DNA from: Azolla caroliniana
Taxonomy: Eukaryota; Plantae; Polypodiophyta
Length of the DNA stretch: 64,000 nucleotides
NCBI GenBank assembly: GCA_043228905.1
Contig: JBHGNT010000016.1
Coordinates: forward strand, 9,486,001 to 9,550,000
Direction of reading: 5' to 3'
This document shows, piece by piece, positions 13,226 through 26,579 of the stretch (the first letter of the stretch is position 1; every line of letters begins with the position of its first letter). The translations under genes and the position numbers were made by a program. The notes beneath the pieces were generated by a model that was not told the DNA's origin, did no database searches, and saw only the letters and a list, made by a program, of their open reading frames with translations.

Positions 13226-13409
13226 TCCACCAAATCGAGGTGGCATTGAAGGTTCCTTCCACCAAATCGAGGCGGCATATCCAACGCTCCCTCCACCATT
13301 GGAGGTTCCTTCCACCAAATCGAGGCTGCATATCCATGCTCCCTCCACCATTGGAGGTTCCTTCCACCAAATCGAGGCGGCATATCCAACGCTCCCTTCA
13401 CCATTGGAG
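13226..13409. repeat. ~52-53-bp tandem minisatellite (about 3.5 copies)
   Basis: Repeated GGAGGTTCCTTCCACCAAATCGAGGCGGCATATCCA...CTCCCTCCACCATT. Confidence 0.9.
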
Positions 13410-13663
13410 GTAATTCAGTACTAAAATCTTTCATTTCTTCATATTTTTAGTACTAAAATGTTTCATTTCTTCATATTTCAGTACTAAATTTTTAGAATTG
13501 ACATTTGTCATATTTGATATGTAATTCTAATGTTTGAAACAAAATATTTCTCACTTTGCAGGCCACATTTTAAAACATTTGATTGTGTTTTCTTGGTTGA
13601 GTCTATATAACATTAACTACTTTCACAAGACACTTAATTTTTGTGGATAAATCTAGTGACCGA

Positions 13664-16600
13664 ATGGGGGTTCCTAACGAGAGTGAGTTGTCAAGTAACT
13701 CATGCATATCTGAAAGGACTAAGAGACGAGTGGTTCTTCACATAGTCCGTTATTTGGTAGAAATAACGAAGAGATTTAGTGAAGAGGATCGTAGGGATAT
13801 TATCTGTAGAGTGTTACACCATCAAAGTTTGAATGAAGACATGGAGAGAATAAAATTTAGGGACCAATGTGTTTCAGAAGAGATTGTGGAGTCTATGAAG
13901 TCATCCCTAGACTTAGTGAAAGGTGTAGAGAGCTTAGACAAACTAGCTGCAAAGAGGGCAGCCCTACACATGGTTGTGAACGGTGCAAGAGAAAAAAAAT
14001 ATAGTGATACTAAAGTTGCCGAAATATACACTCAAGCAAATTCAAGTGGCTGGGGTTGGGACGTAGACGACGATGTGATGCCTTATCTCAAGAGATTATT
14101 GAGAAAGTGGATTCATTTTGGGCCAACAATACACGTGTCTCACCAAATAAGAAGGACGTGTGTAGACAACGAATAAGTCAGGGTAAGTACCAGATTCACC
14201 CTAGACACTTCTTGGAGATGACAGAGGTATTCCATTTTTTTATATCAATTCACATTCCATAACTTTGTGTTTTGACCAAGTGTATATTAATGTTTGATAT
14301 ATATATTGGTTGATGTAGGCTAAATTGTACATGAACTTTAAAGACCAACATCCAAGCTTGACTGTTGGATTCTGCAAGTTCCAAGGTTTGAAACCATTTT
14401 ATGTTAGAAAATTAAATGAGAGGAATACATGTTGTTGTGTGTACCATGTGAAGATGGACATGTTAAGGCTAGCAGTGAATGCAATGCGTACTGATTCTAA
14501 GGGTATACACGGGGAATTATGTGTCTGCACTTGTGAGATTTGTAGACCAAATGGGGAGGATAATAGGTGTAATGCACGAAACATGACTTATGCATCCGTT
14601 TCTGAGCTATGGAGGTCTTGTGTTTGTGAAAAAGAACCATCATGTGAGTGGCATCGTCGTACATGTCTATTAAGAACATGTAAGGTTTGTCCGCTACCAT
14701 TATTTTGTAGGCAGGAGCTTGATTTGGGAAATAGTCATATCGTGAAATGGAAATATTTGGAGTATGTGACTGAAAATATTGGCAAGGGAGTTGTAACTAA
14801 GCGTATCAAGGAAGTATATAAGGAGACATGTGCTGCTACCCTTGTCTCAGAATTTAAGAAACAACTTGGGGTGTTCATTCCACATAACTTCCGGAGTTAT
14901 TGACAAAATTCACAGTTCAAGGAATGTATTAATAACTTACCAACGGGTGTCATCGTATCCGTTATTGATTTTGCAGAAAACTATGCATTTAAAGTTCAAA
15001 ATGAGGTTCAATCAATGCATTGGTACAATGATCAATGTACAATACTTGTACATATTTGCTATTGGAGGCAAGACGGTGAGTTACATAAGAAATCAATATT
15101 TTACATTTCAGATGATAAAAAGCATGATACACTATTTGTTCAACATTGTTTTAAGCTTCACCATGCAGATTTATTTTCTCTAGGGTTAACCTTTAACCGT
15201 CATTTGGTTTGGTCTGATGGTGCTGCCTCGCAGTTTAAGGCGGCACAATCGTTCTACTTTATCGCCAGGTAATTTTTAATCCATATGTTTAGTACTTATC
15301 ATGCAATGTGTAAGGAAGTAATTCTTGTGTTAGTGGATGCATACTAATTATGTTTGTAACTATTAACAAACAGTACTATTCACATGAATGCATATTAATT
15401 ATGTTTGTAACTATTCGAATCTTGCACTTGTGAATGGATGCATGCATACTAATTTTGTTTGTACTAAATCTGTACTAAATCAGTATTTACTGAAGGATGT
15501 AAAGTACTCGTATTGTACTCTATAGTATTGTCCGTCCTTAAGAGAATTGTACTAAGTAACTTCTAATCCATGTGAAGTGTTCTCCATAGACACAGTGTAC
15601 TATGTTGTGTTTACAAAAGGATGTAAAGTACTCATCTTGTACTCATAGTATTGTCCGTCCTTAAGAGAATTGTACTAATTATCTTTTTATCCATGTGAAG
15701 TGTTCTCCATAGACACATTGTACTATGTTGTGTGTTGTATCTGTACTATGTTGTGTGTATAGAAGGATGTAAAGTACTCATATTGTACTCAGAGTATTGT
15801 TCGTGCTTAAGAGAATTGTACTAAGTATCGATTAATCCATGTGAAGGGTTCTCCATAGACACATTGTAGTATGTTGTGTGTTGGTTCTGTACTATGTTGT
15901 GTTTACAAAAGGATGTAAAGTACTCATCTTGTACTTATAGTATTGTCCTTCCTTAAGAGAATTGTACTAATTATGTTTTAATCCATGTGAAGGGTTCTCC
16001 AAAGACACATTGTACTATGTTGTGTGTTGTATCTGTACTATGTTGTGTGTATAGAAGGATGTAAAGTACTCATATTGTACTCAGAGTATTGTCCGTGCTT
16101 AAGAGAATTGTACTAAGTATCGATTAATCCATGTGAAGGGTTCTCCATAGACACATTGTACTATGTTGTGTTTACAAAAGGATGTAAAGTACTCATCTTG
16201 TACTTATAGTATTGTCCGTCCTTAAGAGAATTGTACTAAATCAGTATTTAATCATGTTGTACTCAATAGTATTGTACTCATCTTTTAAACACACTGTGTG
16301 GTACTGATTATCTATTAATCAATGTTCAGCGTTCTCCATGAACACATTGTATTGTACTATGTGTTGTATCTATACTAAATCAGTGTTTATTGGGGGATGT
16401 AAAGTACATGTCTTGTAGTACTAATGATCTTCTAAGGAGGGTTGTGTTCTCCGTGGACACATTGTACTGTACTATCCGATATTGAACATTTTGTACTATT
16501 TATCTGTTAATACATGTAGAGTGCTTTCCATGAACTCATTGTACTATACTTTGTGCTATATCCATACTAAGTTAGTATTAAATGGATGCCAGGTACTGTT

Positions 16601-17590
16601 GGTTGACAACATAGTACTATTTATCTTTTAATAAGTGTAGAGTGTAGTACTCTCAATTGACAACATAGTACTAATTTTGTTGGAAACCTGAGATACCAAA
16701 GCAGGTATTTCTCCTTATTCAATATTCGTATGCAATGGAATTACTTCGGGTCTGGACATGGAAAAGGAGAGCATGATGGCACGGGGGCTGTGATCAAACG
16801 TGCCCTTACAAGTGAGCAGTTGGATAATAATGGTGCTAAGTTACAAAATGCACATGATGTTGTGCAGTGGCTAACATGGAAGATGTCAAATGATGGTAAG
16901 AACTGATTGTTTGTTGAAGTTCGCGCTGATGAGGTCGATAGAACTAAATCATATGGTTGTAAAACCGTGAAAGGCACACGCAACACTCATTGTGTGTTAG
17001 GGTTTAGCCGCAAGGACACCACACAATTGTTACTCCATAGTTTATCATGCTTTTGTTCCATGTGTCTAGATGAAGCTTGGGATAAATGCATCAACCTATC
17101 AATCGTGGAGCCCTGGAAGTTGCAGAAGCTTGAGCATGAACGACAAGATGATATTGAAGAGGATGTGCATTCAAACGATATTATATACTACAACCAAAAT
17201 CAAGACTTGGCAGTTTTATTGGAAGTTGGAGATCATTTTACAGTGCTCAAATCTCCTCAGAATGAAGATTTAGAAGACTACTACATTGTGGTGTGCAAGC
17301 AAGGAAAGACATTATTGAAAGAAGTGGTGAGGGATGGTTGGGGCAACAATTTCAATGTTGGTGAGTCTGTTGTGTATGGAAACTATTATGCAAAGTTGCC
17401 GCAGTGCAAGAACACATATGCATTACTAAAAGAAGCACCCATCGCAATAATCTACGTTGATGCCATTCTTGCGATCAAATTCAATATGACTCAAGCAAAG
17501 CACAAGGTTAAGGGATACAACACTGTCTACAAGGTCCCCCTAGAGGTTCATGAGCACATATTAGGGGAGGTCTCTCTATTTAATGCTTGA
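13664..17590 (+). pseudogene. Sola-type DDD transposase, spliced (introns 14227-14318 and 15269-~16692), with about two premature stops and one frameshift
   Basis: Cys-rich region (TCCCVYH, C-x-C-x2-C, CLLRTCKVC), then IDFAENY, EVQSMHWY, ISDDKKHD, VWSDGAASQFK, and after the intron WNYFGSGHGKGEHDGTG and LSCFCSMC. GT-AG introns keep the frame. Stops at ~14901 and ~16904. Confidence 0.85.
15470..16680. repeat. GTAC-rich tandem repeats (~120-150-bp units) in transposase intron 2
   Basis: Repeated AAGGATGTAAAGTACTCAT...CTTAAGAGAATTGTACTAA...TCTCCATAGACACATTGTACTATGTTGTG. Confidence 0.9.
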
Positions 17591-17735
17591 AAGTCACCCT
17601 ATCAATACATTGTACCAGAAAACTGAAAAACATCCACTTGGAGTTCACTATTAATTTTGATGATTGACAAATGAATTGATATATTTCGTCTTTCTTCTAA
17701 AGTGTTTATGCCTCTCAACCACTTGTACTTATCTT

Positions 17736-18721
17736 TCATAATATATTAGCTGTTGTCAACAGGACTTGGATTTCTTCATTGCCGATATTGCTCATGTTTC
17801 CTGATGTTATTTGAGCATAGAAGTTTTGCAGAGCCATGTTAAAATGAGTAAAAATATTGTATATCTTCTTGATAAAGTCTAGATTCATAAGAGTTGGTGT
17901 GTCCTCTGTTGGCACATAAATTTGCTCTTCTTTTGCTACCAAGAGAAGATTGTTAGTTGAATTCATTAAAGACTTTAATATTGTAAGATTTTCTACTGTA
18001 AGTTCATTCTTCAAAGGGGGCGATGAATTCTGTGAAGACAACAAAGAAAATTATTCTCTTAGAATCCTTTTTTGTTTCATGATATGTCCTGTGAAGCCAT
18101 CTGAGTTTTAACTTCTTGTATATAAGTCCTGAATATCCAGGCTATGGATTTTAAAGTACAGACCTTCCTTTCCTTAACAAAATAATCCAACTCCTGAAAC
18201 GATAATTTGTGATAGCTCAAAAAGGTAAGTGTTTCCTTACTACTGTTAGTGGATGGTTCATCCTTTGGGATGATATCATCAAAATATGGCCCACATTGCT
18301 TCAACAATTGGCACACATTCTGGTTACCCTCCAAATGGGATTGATGAAACAGTCTATACTTCAGTATATCTTCAATAACACCCGATATTTTCTATTTCTC
18401 ATCATCAACACCTGAAAACCTAAATTTTCCTAGCAAGCTAAGAAGACTTTCAAGCATTTTATCTACAACAGACTGAAAGACTTTGCGAGGATTAGGAGAT
18501 GATCTCAAAAAAGAAACAAAACGTTGTAAAATAAGAATACTTAGATCAAAAAGTATATTCCCATTGTTTTTGATATATGTTGACGAGCAAAATACAGAAG
18601 CAATTCTTAAACATGAACTTGATTTCACACTGGTATAACTATTTCAGATTCATAAACTGGATTTTTGACATTGGCAATTGAAACAGTATTTTGGTATCCA
18701 AATAGTTCAATTTCAGACATC
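17736..18721 (-). pseudogene. uncharacterised, fragmented ORF inside the transposon, convergent with the transposase
   Basis: Consecutive minus-strand ORFs (18392-18628, 18077-18334, 17736-18044) with protein-like composition; ATG at 18721; no recognisable domain. Confidence 0.45.
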
Positions 18722-18757
18722 ACTAACAACTAAAGTTCAAGTATAATCGAAAGACAA

Positions 18758-21700
18758 TCAGGCACTAGAGGGTAACTTGGCCGATCTTGTAATGCGCTTG
18801 TTGTTGGTGCCAGATTTTTCTGATTTTACATTCTTCTTTATCTTAAAGCCTTTAGGTATGAGCTGACTAAGTGGCACTTCATCATCAGAGGCATCAGAGA
18901 CAGGCGTGGATGCGCGGGCACCTTGTACTGGTGTCAAGCTTGAGAGAGCAACTATGTTTTCTGCAACTGCAATGCTTGTACACAAATCCACAAAGGTGCT
19001 GTTGATAGACAAATTATCACTCACCTCCTGAATGCTTGTACTCCTAGCGATCTTTATTGCCCTATCATCATCACCGATGCCTATACACTCGTTCTTATTA
19101 GACTCCTGTATGTGGACCGTGACAGTAGTCATGGTCAACTCCTATTATACGGTGGATGTCACCTCATTCTTAAGACAACGTGTACCTACTTGGGTGGTCG
19201 TTATTGCCTGGTCCTCTTGGGTGATGCTAGTATGCTCGCTTTGAGTACAATCAGGCCCCCTTCATTAGTAACGTTGTTCGCTCTACACTCCTCATGGGAT
19301 TCTGTACAATCAGGCTTATCTTCAGGGGAATCTTTAGACAGTACTAGCACATTATTAGTAGACACTACTAACACATTATCAGTACAACTAGTCTTCTCTT
19401 CAGCACTTGCCACATTATCAATACAATTAGTCTTCTCTTCAGTACTTGCCATATTCTTTCCACACTCTTCATGGGCTTCAATCTTCTCTTCAGTACTTGC
19501 CATATTCTTTCCACACTCCTCATAGGCTTCTTTAGACATACTGTTGTTTGTACATGCCAGCTGCTCTTCACATATGAATGCTTCGTTTTTCTCACAATCC
19601 TCATGTGTGGAAGATGTGCTTCCAGAGTCTGCCTCTGTGCAAAGGTTAATTTGATTCTGACTCTGACTAGAATCTGACTCTACACTTGTGCTCCATGAAG
19701 TTCCCGATTCATTTGATTGCAGTTGGGAATCACATTGCTCTTGTAAACCTAATTAATGGGATTCCAAAGAATATTAGTATCAACTCACATACTCAAAAGT
19801 TTGCAAACAATGAACATAGGGTTTGGGGCCACATTTTTACCTAATGTTACATCGTCATACTGTATAGCGCTTAGATACCCCATTGCAAGTGGTGGGCTCG
19901 GTCATCTTCTCCACAACATCTAGGTGCTCAACAGTGTTGTTATGATCTATAATAGCAACAAAAATAGGGTTGTTATGAGCTAAATCATTGTTTTCAAAGT
20001 CTGGCTTTTGACGTGTACCTGGGAGTGTGATAAATTCGTCTTCACGATCAGGTTTTGGACTCGTATCTCCGTCACCAAATATCATTTCGTCATCAACTAG
20101 TAACACAAGTACATGGTATTATACAATGGATTAGGTTGACAATGCTCCGGACAGGTGAGAACTTATATGACTCACCATTGCATTCAACTTTGCCTTTCTT
20201 TCCATCTCCATACAACATTCTTGCAGCATTTCTCTTCTTACTGGGCTCTATTTGTAAAGAAACTGCATTTCTCTTCTTAGTGGGCTCTATTTCTTGATGT
20301 TGACCGGAGCTTGGGGAATTTGTTTGTAGAAGCATATGTTCCACTACTCCAATGGCCCTTCTCATACATTCATCCTCATCATAAAAATCATAGGTTATTG
20401 GTAATGATGGTCCCTGAACCTTGGAATGTGCAGCAGATATTGAGGGTTTAGGCACAGGGCCTGGTTGTTCCATTACCTTCCCTGGCGTGGAGTTGCTTGA
20501 CACTACAAGATTTATTGCAAGAAACAAAAAAACCTTGAATGTTAGTACCATCATCTAAAATATATAATGTAGGTCACAAGAGCTGCTTCCCATATTACAC
20601 AATGTACCAATCATGAACAATGTACTACTCACATAGTTCCTAAATTACTGAACTAGTACTAATAAGGAACACTGTACTACTCACTTAGTTCCCAATTTAC
20701 ACAAGTAGTACTAATCATGCACAATATACACAAGTAGTACTAATCATGCACAATATACTACTCACTTAGTTACCAAATTACACAAGGAGTACTAATCCCG
20801 AACAATGTACCACTGACTTAGTCAAATTAAAAAGTAGTACTAATCTTGAATAATGTACTACTCACTTGTTTCCTAAATTACTGAACTAGTACTAATAAGG
20901 AACAATGAACTGCTCACTTAGTTCCCAATATACACGATTTGTACTAATCATGCACAATATACACAAGTAGTACTAATCATGCACAATATACTACTCACTT
21001 AGTTACCAAATTACACAAGTACTAATCCCGAAAAATGTACCACTGACTTAGTCAAATTAATAAGTAGTACTAATCTTGAACAATGTACTACTCACTTATT
21101 TCCTAAATCACTACACTAGTACTAATAAGGAACAATGTACTGCTCACTTAGTTCCCAATTTACACAAGTAGTACTAATCATGCACAATATACTCCTCACT
21201 TAGTTACCAAATTACACAAGGAGTACTAATCCCGAACAATGTACTGCTCACTTAGTTCCCAATTTACAAAAGTAGTACTAATCATGCACAATATACTACT
21301 CACTTAGTTACCAAATTACACAAGGAGTACTAATCCCGAACAATGTAATGCTCTCTTAGTTCCCAATTTACACAAGTAGTACTAATCATGCACAATATAC
21401 TACTCACTTAGTTACCAAATTACACAAGGAGTACTAATCCCGAACAATGTACCACTAACTTAGTCAAATTACACAATTAGTACTAATCCTGAACAATGTA
21501 CTACTCAACAATGTACCACTGACTTAGTCAAATTACACAATTAGTACTAATCCTACAAAATGTACTACTCACTTATTTTCTAGATTACTAATCTAGTACT
21601 GATAAGGTACAAAACTAGTACTAATAAGGAACAAAGTACTACTCAGTTCCCAAATTACAAAACTAGTATTAATCATGAGCAATGTACTTGTAACTTAGTT

Positions 21701-23494
21701 CACAAAGTACAGAACTAGTACTAATCATGAACCATTTAGTACTTACTAAGTACTAATCCAACAAATGTAGATTCGTATTTTGCACACAAGTAATACTAAA
21801 CGTGATATGTGTTCTACACACCTAGTTACATAACTTGTACTAATTACACCAACAGTATTAATCTTGAACAGTATTAGTACTAAACGTGATATGTGTTTGA
21901 CACACCTCATTTCCAAATTACAAAAACTGTACTATTATTCAGCAATTTACTATACACCTTGTTCCCAAATTACCTTACTAGTACTAATTCCCAAGTTACA
22001 CAAACAATACTAACAGTCAACAGTGTACTATAAGTATAGTGTTTACTAAACTGAATATTAGGCAAGTTGCAATATAGATTGGACGATGTTGTACCTGGTT
22101 CCCTTTTAGTACTACTAGTTCTAGTCCAAATGTTAATTGACATCATATAATACAAACAATAGAATAGTAGAGCCACATACCGTACAAGTGTACTTTTAAA
22201 CCCCAAGCATAGTACCACTCAGCCGCAATTGTAGTTTTACAGTCCATACATGTATTCTCTTTCTCAAAATGATACTTAGCACATAGCACATGATATGTGT
22301 GCAAGCATGGTGTAATCACAACATCCATAGCCTCCAGCTTGAATCCGAGGCCACAAAATATACACCTAGAAGATTGCAAACACAAGTTATAATATATTAG
22401 TTGCTCACTTATTTATACCAGAGAAGTAGAAATAAATAACTTTTAAAGCCAATACCGTGATATAGCTATACTAGTAATGGTACTTTCTATACCACTTGGG
22501 TGCTCAATTACAGATGGACACAAAGTATCAAAACCATTTTGTTTTAAATCCTGCATCAAGCATGCAAGGTTCTCAGAATGCAACTTTAAGGCTGACAACT
22601 TATTATCTATTTCTTCATGTGCATTCCTGCAAGTATCAAGGTCTCTCATCTGTGAACCTAATTGAGTGCCCATATTGTTCAGCTCTTTCTTCAACTCCTC
22701 TTTCAACACCTCACTTTCTGAATTTTGGATTGTCGATGCAATCCATTCATATGTAGTTTTTATTGAAGAAAATTTCTTTTCTGCCTGTATCTCAGCTGAT
22801 TTAACTGCTTCCAAATCAGCAAGTAGTGCTTGTATTCTTGAGCTCATAGAAGCTATGCAACCGGCCATCATCTGTTCATGCTTTTCAGTCATTGTGGCCC
22901 GTACCTTTGCCTCTAGAACTTGGTGGACAGGTGTTGTAGCTGGAATATCCACATGAGAGGTTCCAGATGACTTCAAGCCAGTGTTGGTACTCGAGGACCC
23001 TTTGTAATGTTCTGACCGGTGACGATTAAAATCTTCCCAATTTACGTCAATGCCACCTTGAACTTCACATGCAAAAGCACGTGCAAAAACAGTACCCACC
23101 TCATTGTTAGTGATTTGATTTGTATCATAAACATGTTCGTATCTCGTCTTCAATAAATTCATGTATTCCCTCTTCAAACCACTTATGTGGAATCCTCGCC
23201 TTGTGTCGGGATGTGCTGACCCCCAGGTTTTTAACAACCACTCTCTCAGCTCTGGATAAACGTCAGGTCGTGCTCGAAGGAAATAATTCCATCCAAGAGG
23301 TGTGTCTCGACTGATGGAGTGGTACATCTTCTTTCTCTGTGTTGATGAATTCATCACCCTTTCTCTTGTGGGTGTCCTTCTTCCTTCCTTCACCGGTGTC
23401 TTCACTTTCTCTTTCATCAATGTCTTCTTTATGGGCGTCCTTCTCGTCATTGTCCTAGTCAACTCAATTCTCAGGGAATGAATATGCATGTACT
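18758..23494 (-). CDS. multi-exon accessory gene: globular domain, coiled coil, RING-H2 finger, long disordered tail (putative E3 ligase; may be partly decayed; upstream exons possible to ~24540)
   Basis: ORF 22443-23489 splices in phase (TCACG|GTATT...TTCTAG|GTGT) into CIFC...PCLHTYHVLC...CMDC (C3H2C3). The donor G|GTATGT at ~22181 joins in phase to the acceptor TTGTAG|TGTCA at ~20503. Downstream exon joins are less certain. Confidence 0.7.
20600..21970. repeat. AGTACT-rich ~57-bp tandem repeats in the RING-gene intron
   Basis: Repeated AGTACTAATC...ACAATRTACTACTCACTTAGTT.CCAAATTACACAAG. Confidence 0.9.
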
Positions 23495-24899
23495 AGAAGA
23501 AAACTCAAGCAATTACCATCAACACATAGCAAATCATCACATTGCATGTACAAACCATGTCAAACACATAATAACCCTAAATAGTCGGAAAAAAACTCAT
23601 CCATGTCAAACACACAGACAATAAAAACAGACGGATAGGAAAGTCAAAGAAAACGAAAACATTGTAAATCATCATAGCCAACTCCATCACATCGCATGTA
23701 CAAGCCATGTCAAACACACAAAAACCCAAAATAGTCGGAAAAAAACTCATCCATGTCAAACTCACACAAAATAAAACAGATGGACAGGAAACAAGAACAA
23801 AACGAAAACATAGCAACTCATCATAGCCAACTCCATTTACGTTGCATGTACAAACATGTCTAACACACAACCACCTCGATCAAAATATTGTCATACATTT
23901 TTAAAAGAAACATAGAGAAACATAGAGAAAACAAAAACATACCAGTTGGGCATGCAACACATAGACTATGAATAATCAAAACCTAAAAATGGCCATACAC
24001 ATGCAAATAAAAAACAGACAGACAAGAAACATTCAGAAAAAGAAAACATACCAGTTGGGCATGCAACACAGAGAATACCTGGAGGTCGTACAACTTGCAG
24101 AGGTACCACACCGTGTTGATTTCGACACCTTGGGAGCACACCAAGCCTTCAAAATCACCTATATGTAAGAGGTTGTTGACGAGGCTGCTGCAGAGGAGAC
24201 AAACGAGCATACACAGAGGAGACAAACGAGCATACACAAGGAAGGAAAATCAACAACACATACAACGAGCAGGGGAAACAAGAACAGAGTTCAGAGATCG
24301 AACCTGGCATAGAGGGGAACACAAGAACAACTACATGGGGAAACAGAGAATCGAAGGTGGAGTGAGAGAGAGAAACAGAAAGAAAGAAAGAAACAGAGCT
24401 TCGAAGGTGGAGTGAGAGAGAGAAAGAGAGAGATAGACCTGTAATAGATATGTCGTCTTTCTTTAACTTTCTGCCACAGTCGGTCTGACAACTTCGAGAC
24501 AGAATCGAGACAGAAGAGAGAGAGAGAGAGAGAGACATACCAACTAACATGTTCGACTACCCATACCAGAGAGAGAGAGAGAGATACTAAGACTGACCAA
24601 CTGTCACAATGGATACCTTCTCCAGGTGTGCTTTCGTACAACTCTACCGAGGAGACTGGGGCAACAATTAATGTATCAAATATGGCCTAGGGACATTTCG
24701 AGTGTGACGTATAATATCTTTGTGCATTCGAGTGTGACGTAATGAATTTTTTTTTTGTTTTTTGAAATTTATTTACAATTTTTAATGTTTATTTTCTTCT
24801 TCAATTTAGTACTAAATTTTTGGCCAAAAGTTGGTACACCGTAGCATGCTTCGACCCATCTATCCTCAATTTTTCCATTTTTCTCGCACTAAACACACC

Positions 24900-26181
24900 A
24901 CATCACGACAATGAAGGAGAGACAAAGACAACAGAACATAGAAAACTCTATTTCCAAAATAATACTTTATACAAGTCCTTAAAAAGATTAACAAAAGTAC
25001 TTCAATGCTCGTACTGAGCGACATACACTAACTCCCAAAAATATGCTTATGTATTAGGCTAGGATCGTAGGCCTCTAATGGCCTACCGATATCACACTGA
25101 TCTGGTTCCCTCTGATCCGGCTCTCCGTTTTGGACACCGATCTGGCTCTTCGATCCGAACCAGGCCTAGCCGATCGGTCTTCATCCATGTTGAGCTTGTC
25201 CACTCAACACTTCCCGTCAAGCTCAACTTGAGGTTGGACTGTTGTGTTGGTCTTTTGTTTGTCCCTATCTTCGGCTTTTCTTGGCCTCTTCACGCCTGGC
25301 TCGCGCTCCTCGATCCACCTGGTCCCGCTTTCCACGACTTGTCCGGTTCCACGCACCTCGATTTTCTTGGTTGGCATGTCTGCTCCTTTGCTCCTCTAAC
25401 TCTAGCACTTCTCAACCCATCTACTCCTCCGTGTCGGTGTTGACTTCCGTTGCCTTCTAGTTTGCTTGTCCTTCATGTGATCCGACTCCTCCAAATTGAG
25501 TTGTTCAATCGAAGCGGCCGCCTCCGATTCGTTCTCACTCTTGTTGGAATTGGCTGTCTCCAATTCGTCTTCATTCTTCAAGCCCTTCACCACATTAGAC
25601 CATATCCGGTCTTGGCCTTCATTTTCCGGTTAGCTCTATCTTTCTTGACTCTGCCGTAGTTGCAGACTTCTTCAGTCGACTCGGCTCCCTTTTTCTTGGT
25701 TGCTCCCTCGATTTCGTTCTCATTCCCTTTCACTGCGGCCGTTTCTCTGGTGCATTTACATGTTCTCCTCGTTTTTGTTCCCCCCCTCAAGTGTAGCACG
25801 TCGAGATGTTGTAGCCCAATCACTCGGAAAAGTGATGCAAGTTGTCAAATCTGAATGCCTTGGCGAAGATGTTGAAAACTTGCCGATCGGTTCGAACATA
25901 CTGGAGTTCGACTTCACCGCTCAAGACCCACTCACGCACAAAGTGATAATGCACATCGATGTGCTTTGTGTGAGCATAGAACACGAGGTTCGTGGCCAGG
26001 TGCATGTTGCTGATGTTGTCATAGTAGATCGGGATCGGAGTTGGTACTTTGATCCGTAGGTCTTGAAGCAACCACTGAAGCCATATGGCTTCACACGTCA
26101 CGATGGTTGTTCCTCAGTACTCAGCCTCAGTGCTCGACAGAGCCAATGTCGACTACTTCTTGTTGCTCCACGAAACAACCA
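24900..26181 (-). mobile_element. 3' end of a copia element (RH fragment, tail, PPT, 3' LTR ~24900-25209)
   Basis: [35 protein letters not shown]; LTR start TGTTGAGTGGACAAGCTCAACA on the minus strand at 25209. Confidence 0.85.
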
Positions 26182-26577
26182 TGTATTAACTCTTAGGGCC
26201 GGACAATGGCCTAACACAGGGTGTCTACGGAAGACACTTCACCAAAGGGGTGTTACGACAAGAGGATTAGGCTCAACGATTAATCCAACTTAATTAGGTT
26301 ACTTAGCAAGATCGTCCTTAATAATCACACGCGTAAGATATAACAATGAATGCAGAACGACAATTAACACAGAGAGATAAAAGCACTAAGCTTCATTAAC
26401 TATCCGCTCCAAATTACATTGTATCCGGGCCTTTAAATAGGTTTCCAGTTTGTAGTACAAAATGGTGCCATCCGCACCTGTTTAGGATCGGTCTGGATCC
26501 GGAATGGCATACCGATTCCGGTCCGTCCATCCACACTAATAGCTCACTTACAACCATTCCTTAATAATTAAATAACA
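26182..26577 (-). repeat. 3' LTR of a gypsy element of the dual-PBS lineage (family A)
   Basis: Minus strand starts TGTTATTT 2 nt after the tRNA-Arg-like site; TATA-like TATTTAAAG on the minus strand; left end approximate. Confidence 0.65.
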
Positions 26578-26579
26578 CA

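Larger units (their letters stand above)
12679..24857 (+). mobile_element. Sola2-like DNA transposon (12,179 bp) with transposase and accessory genes
   Basis: 26-bp TIRs GGGTCGAAGCAYGCTACGGTGTACCA (12679-12704 / 24832-24857, 1 mismatch); exact 4-bp TSD ATCT (12675-12678 / 24858-24861); GRG...CYC termini and transposase motifs fit Sola2. Confidence 0.85.

Noticed and set aside
12679-24857. CACTA, hAT, MULE or Kolobok assignment
   Set aside because: Termini are GGG...CCC with a 4-bp non-TTAA TSD, and the transposase motifs fit Sola better.
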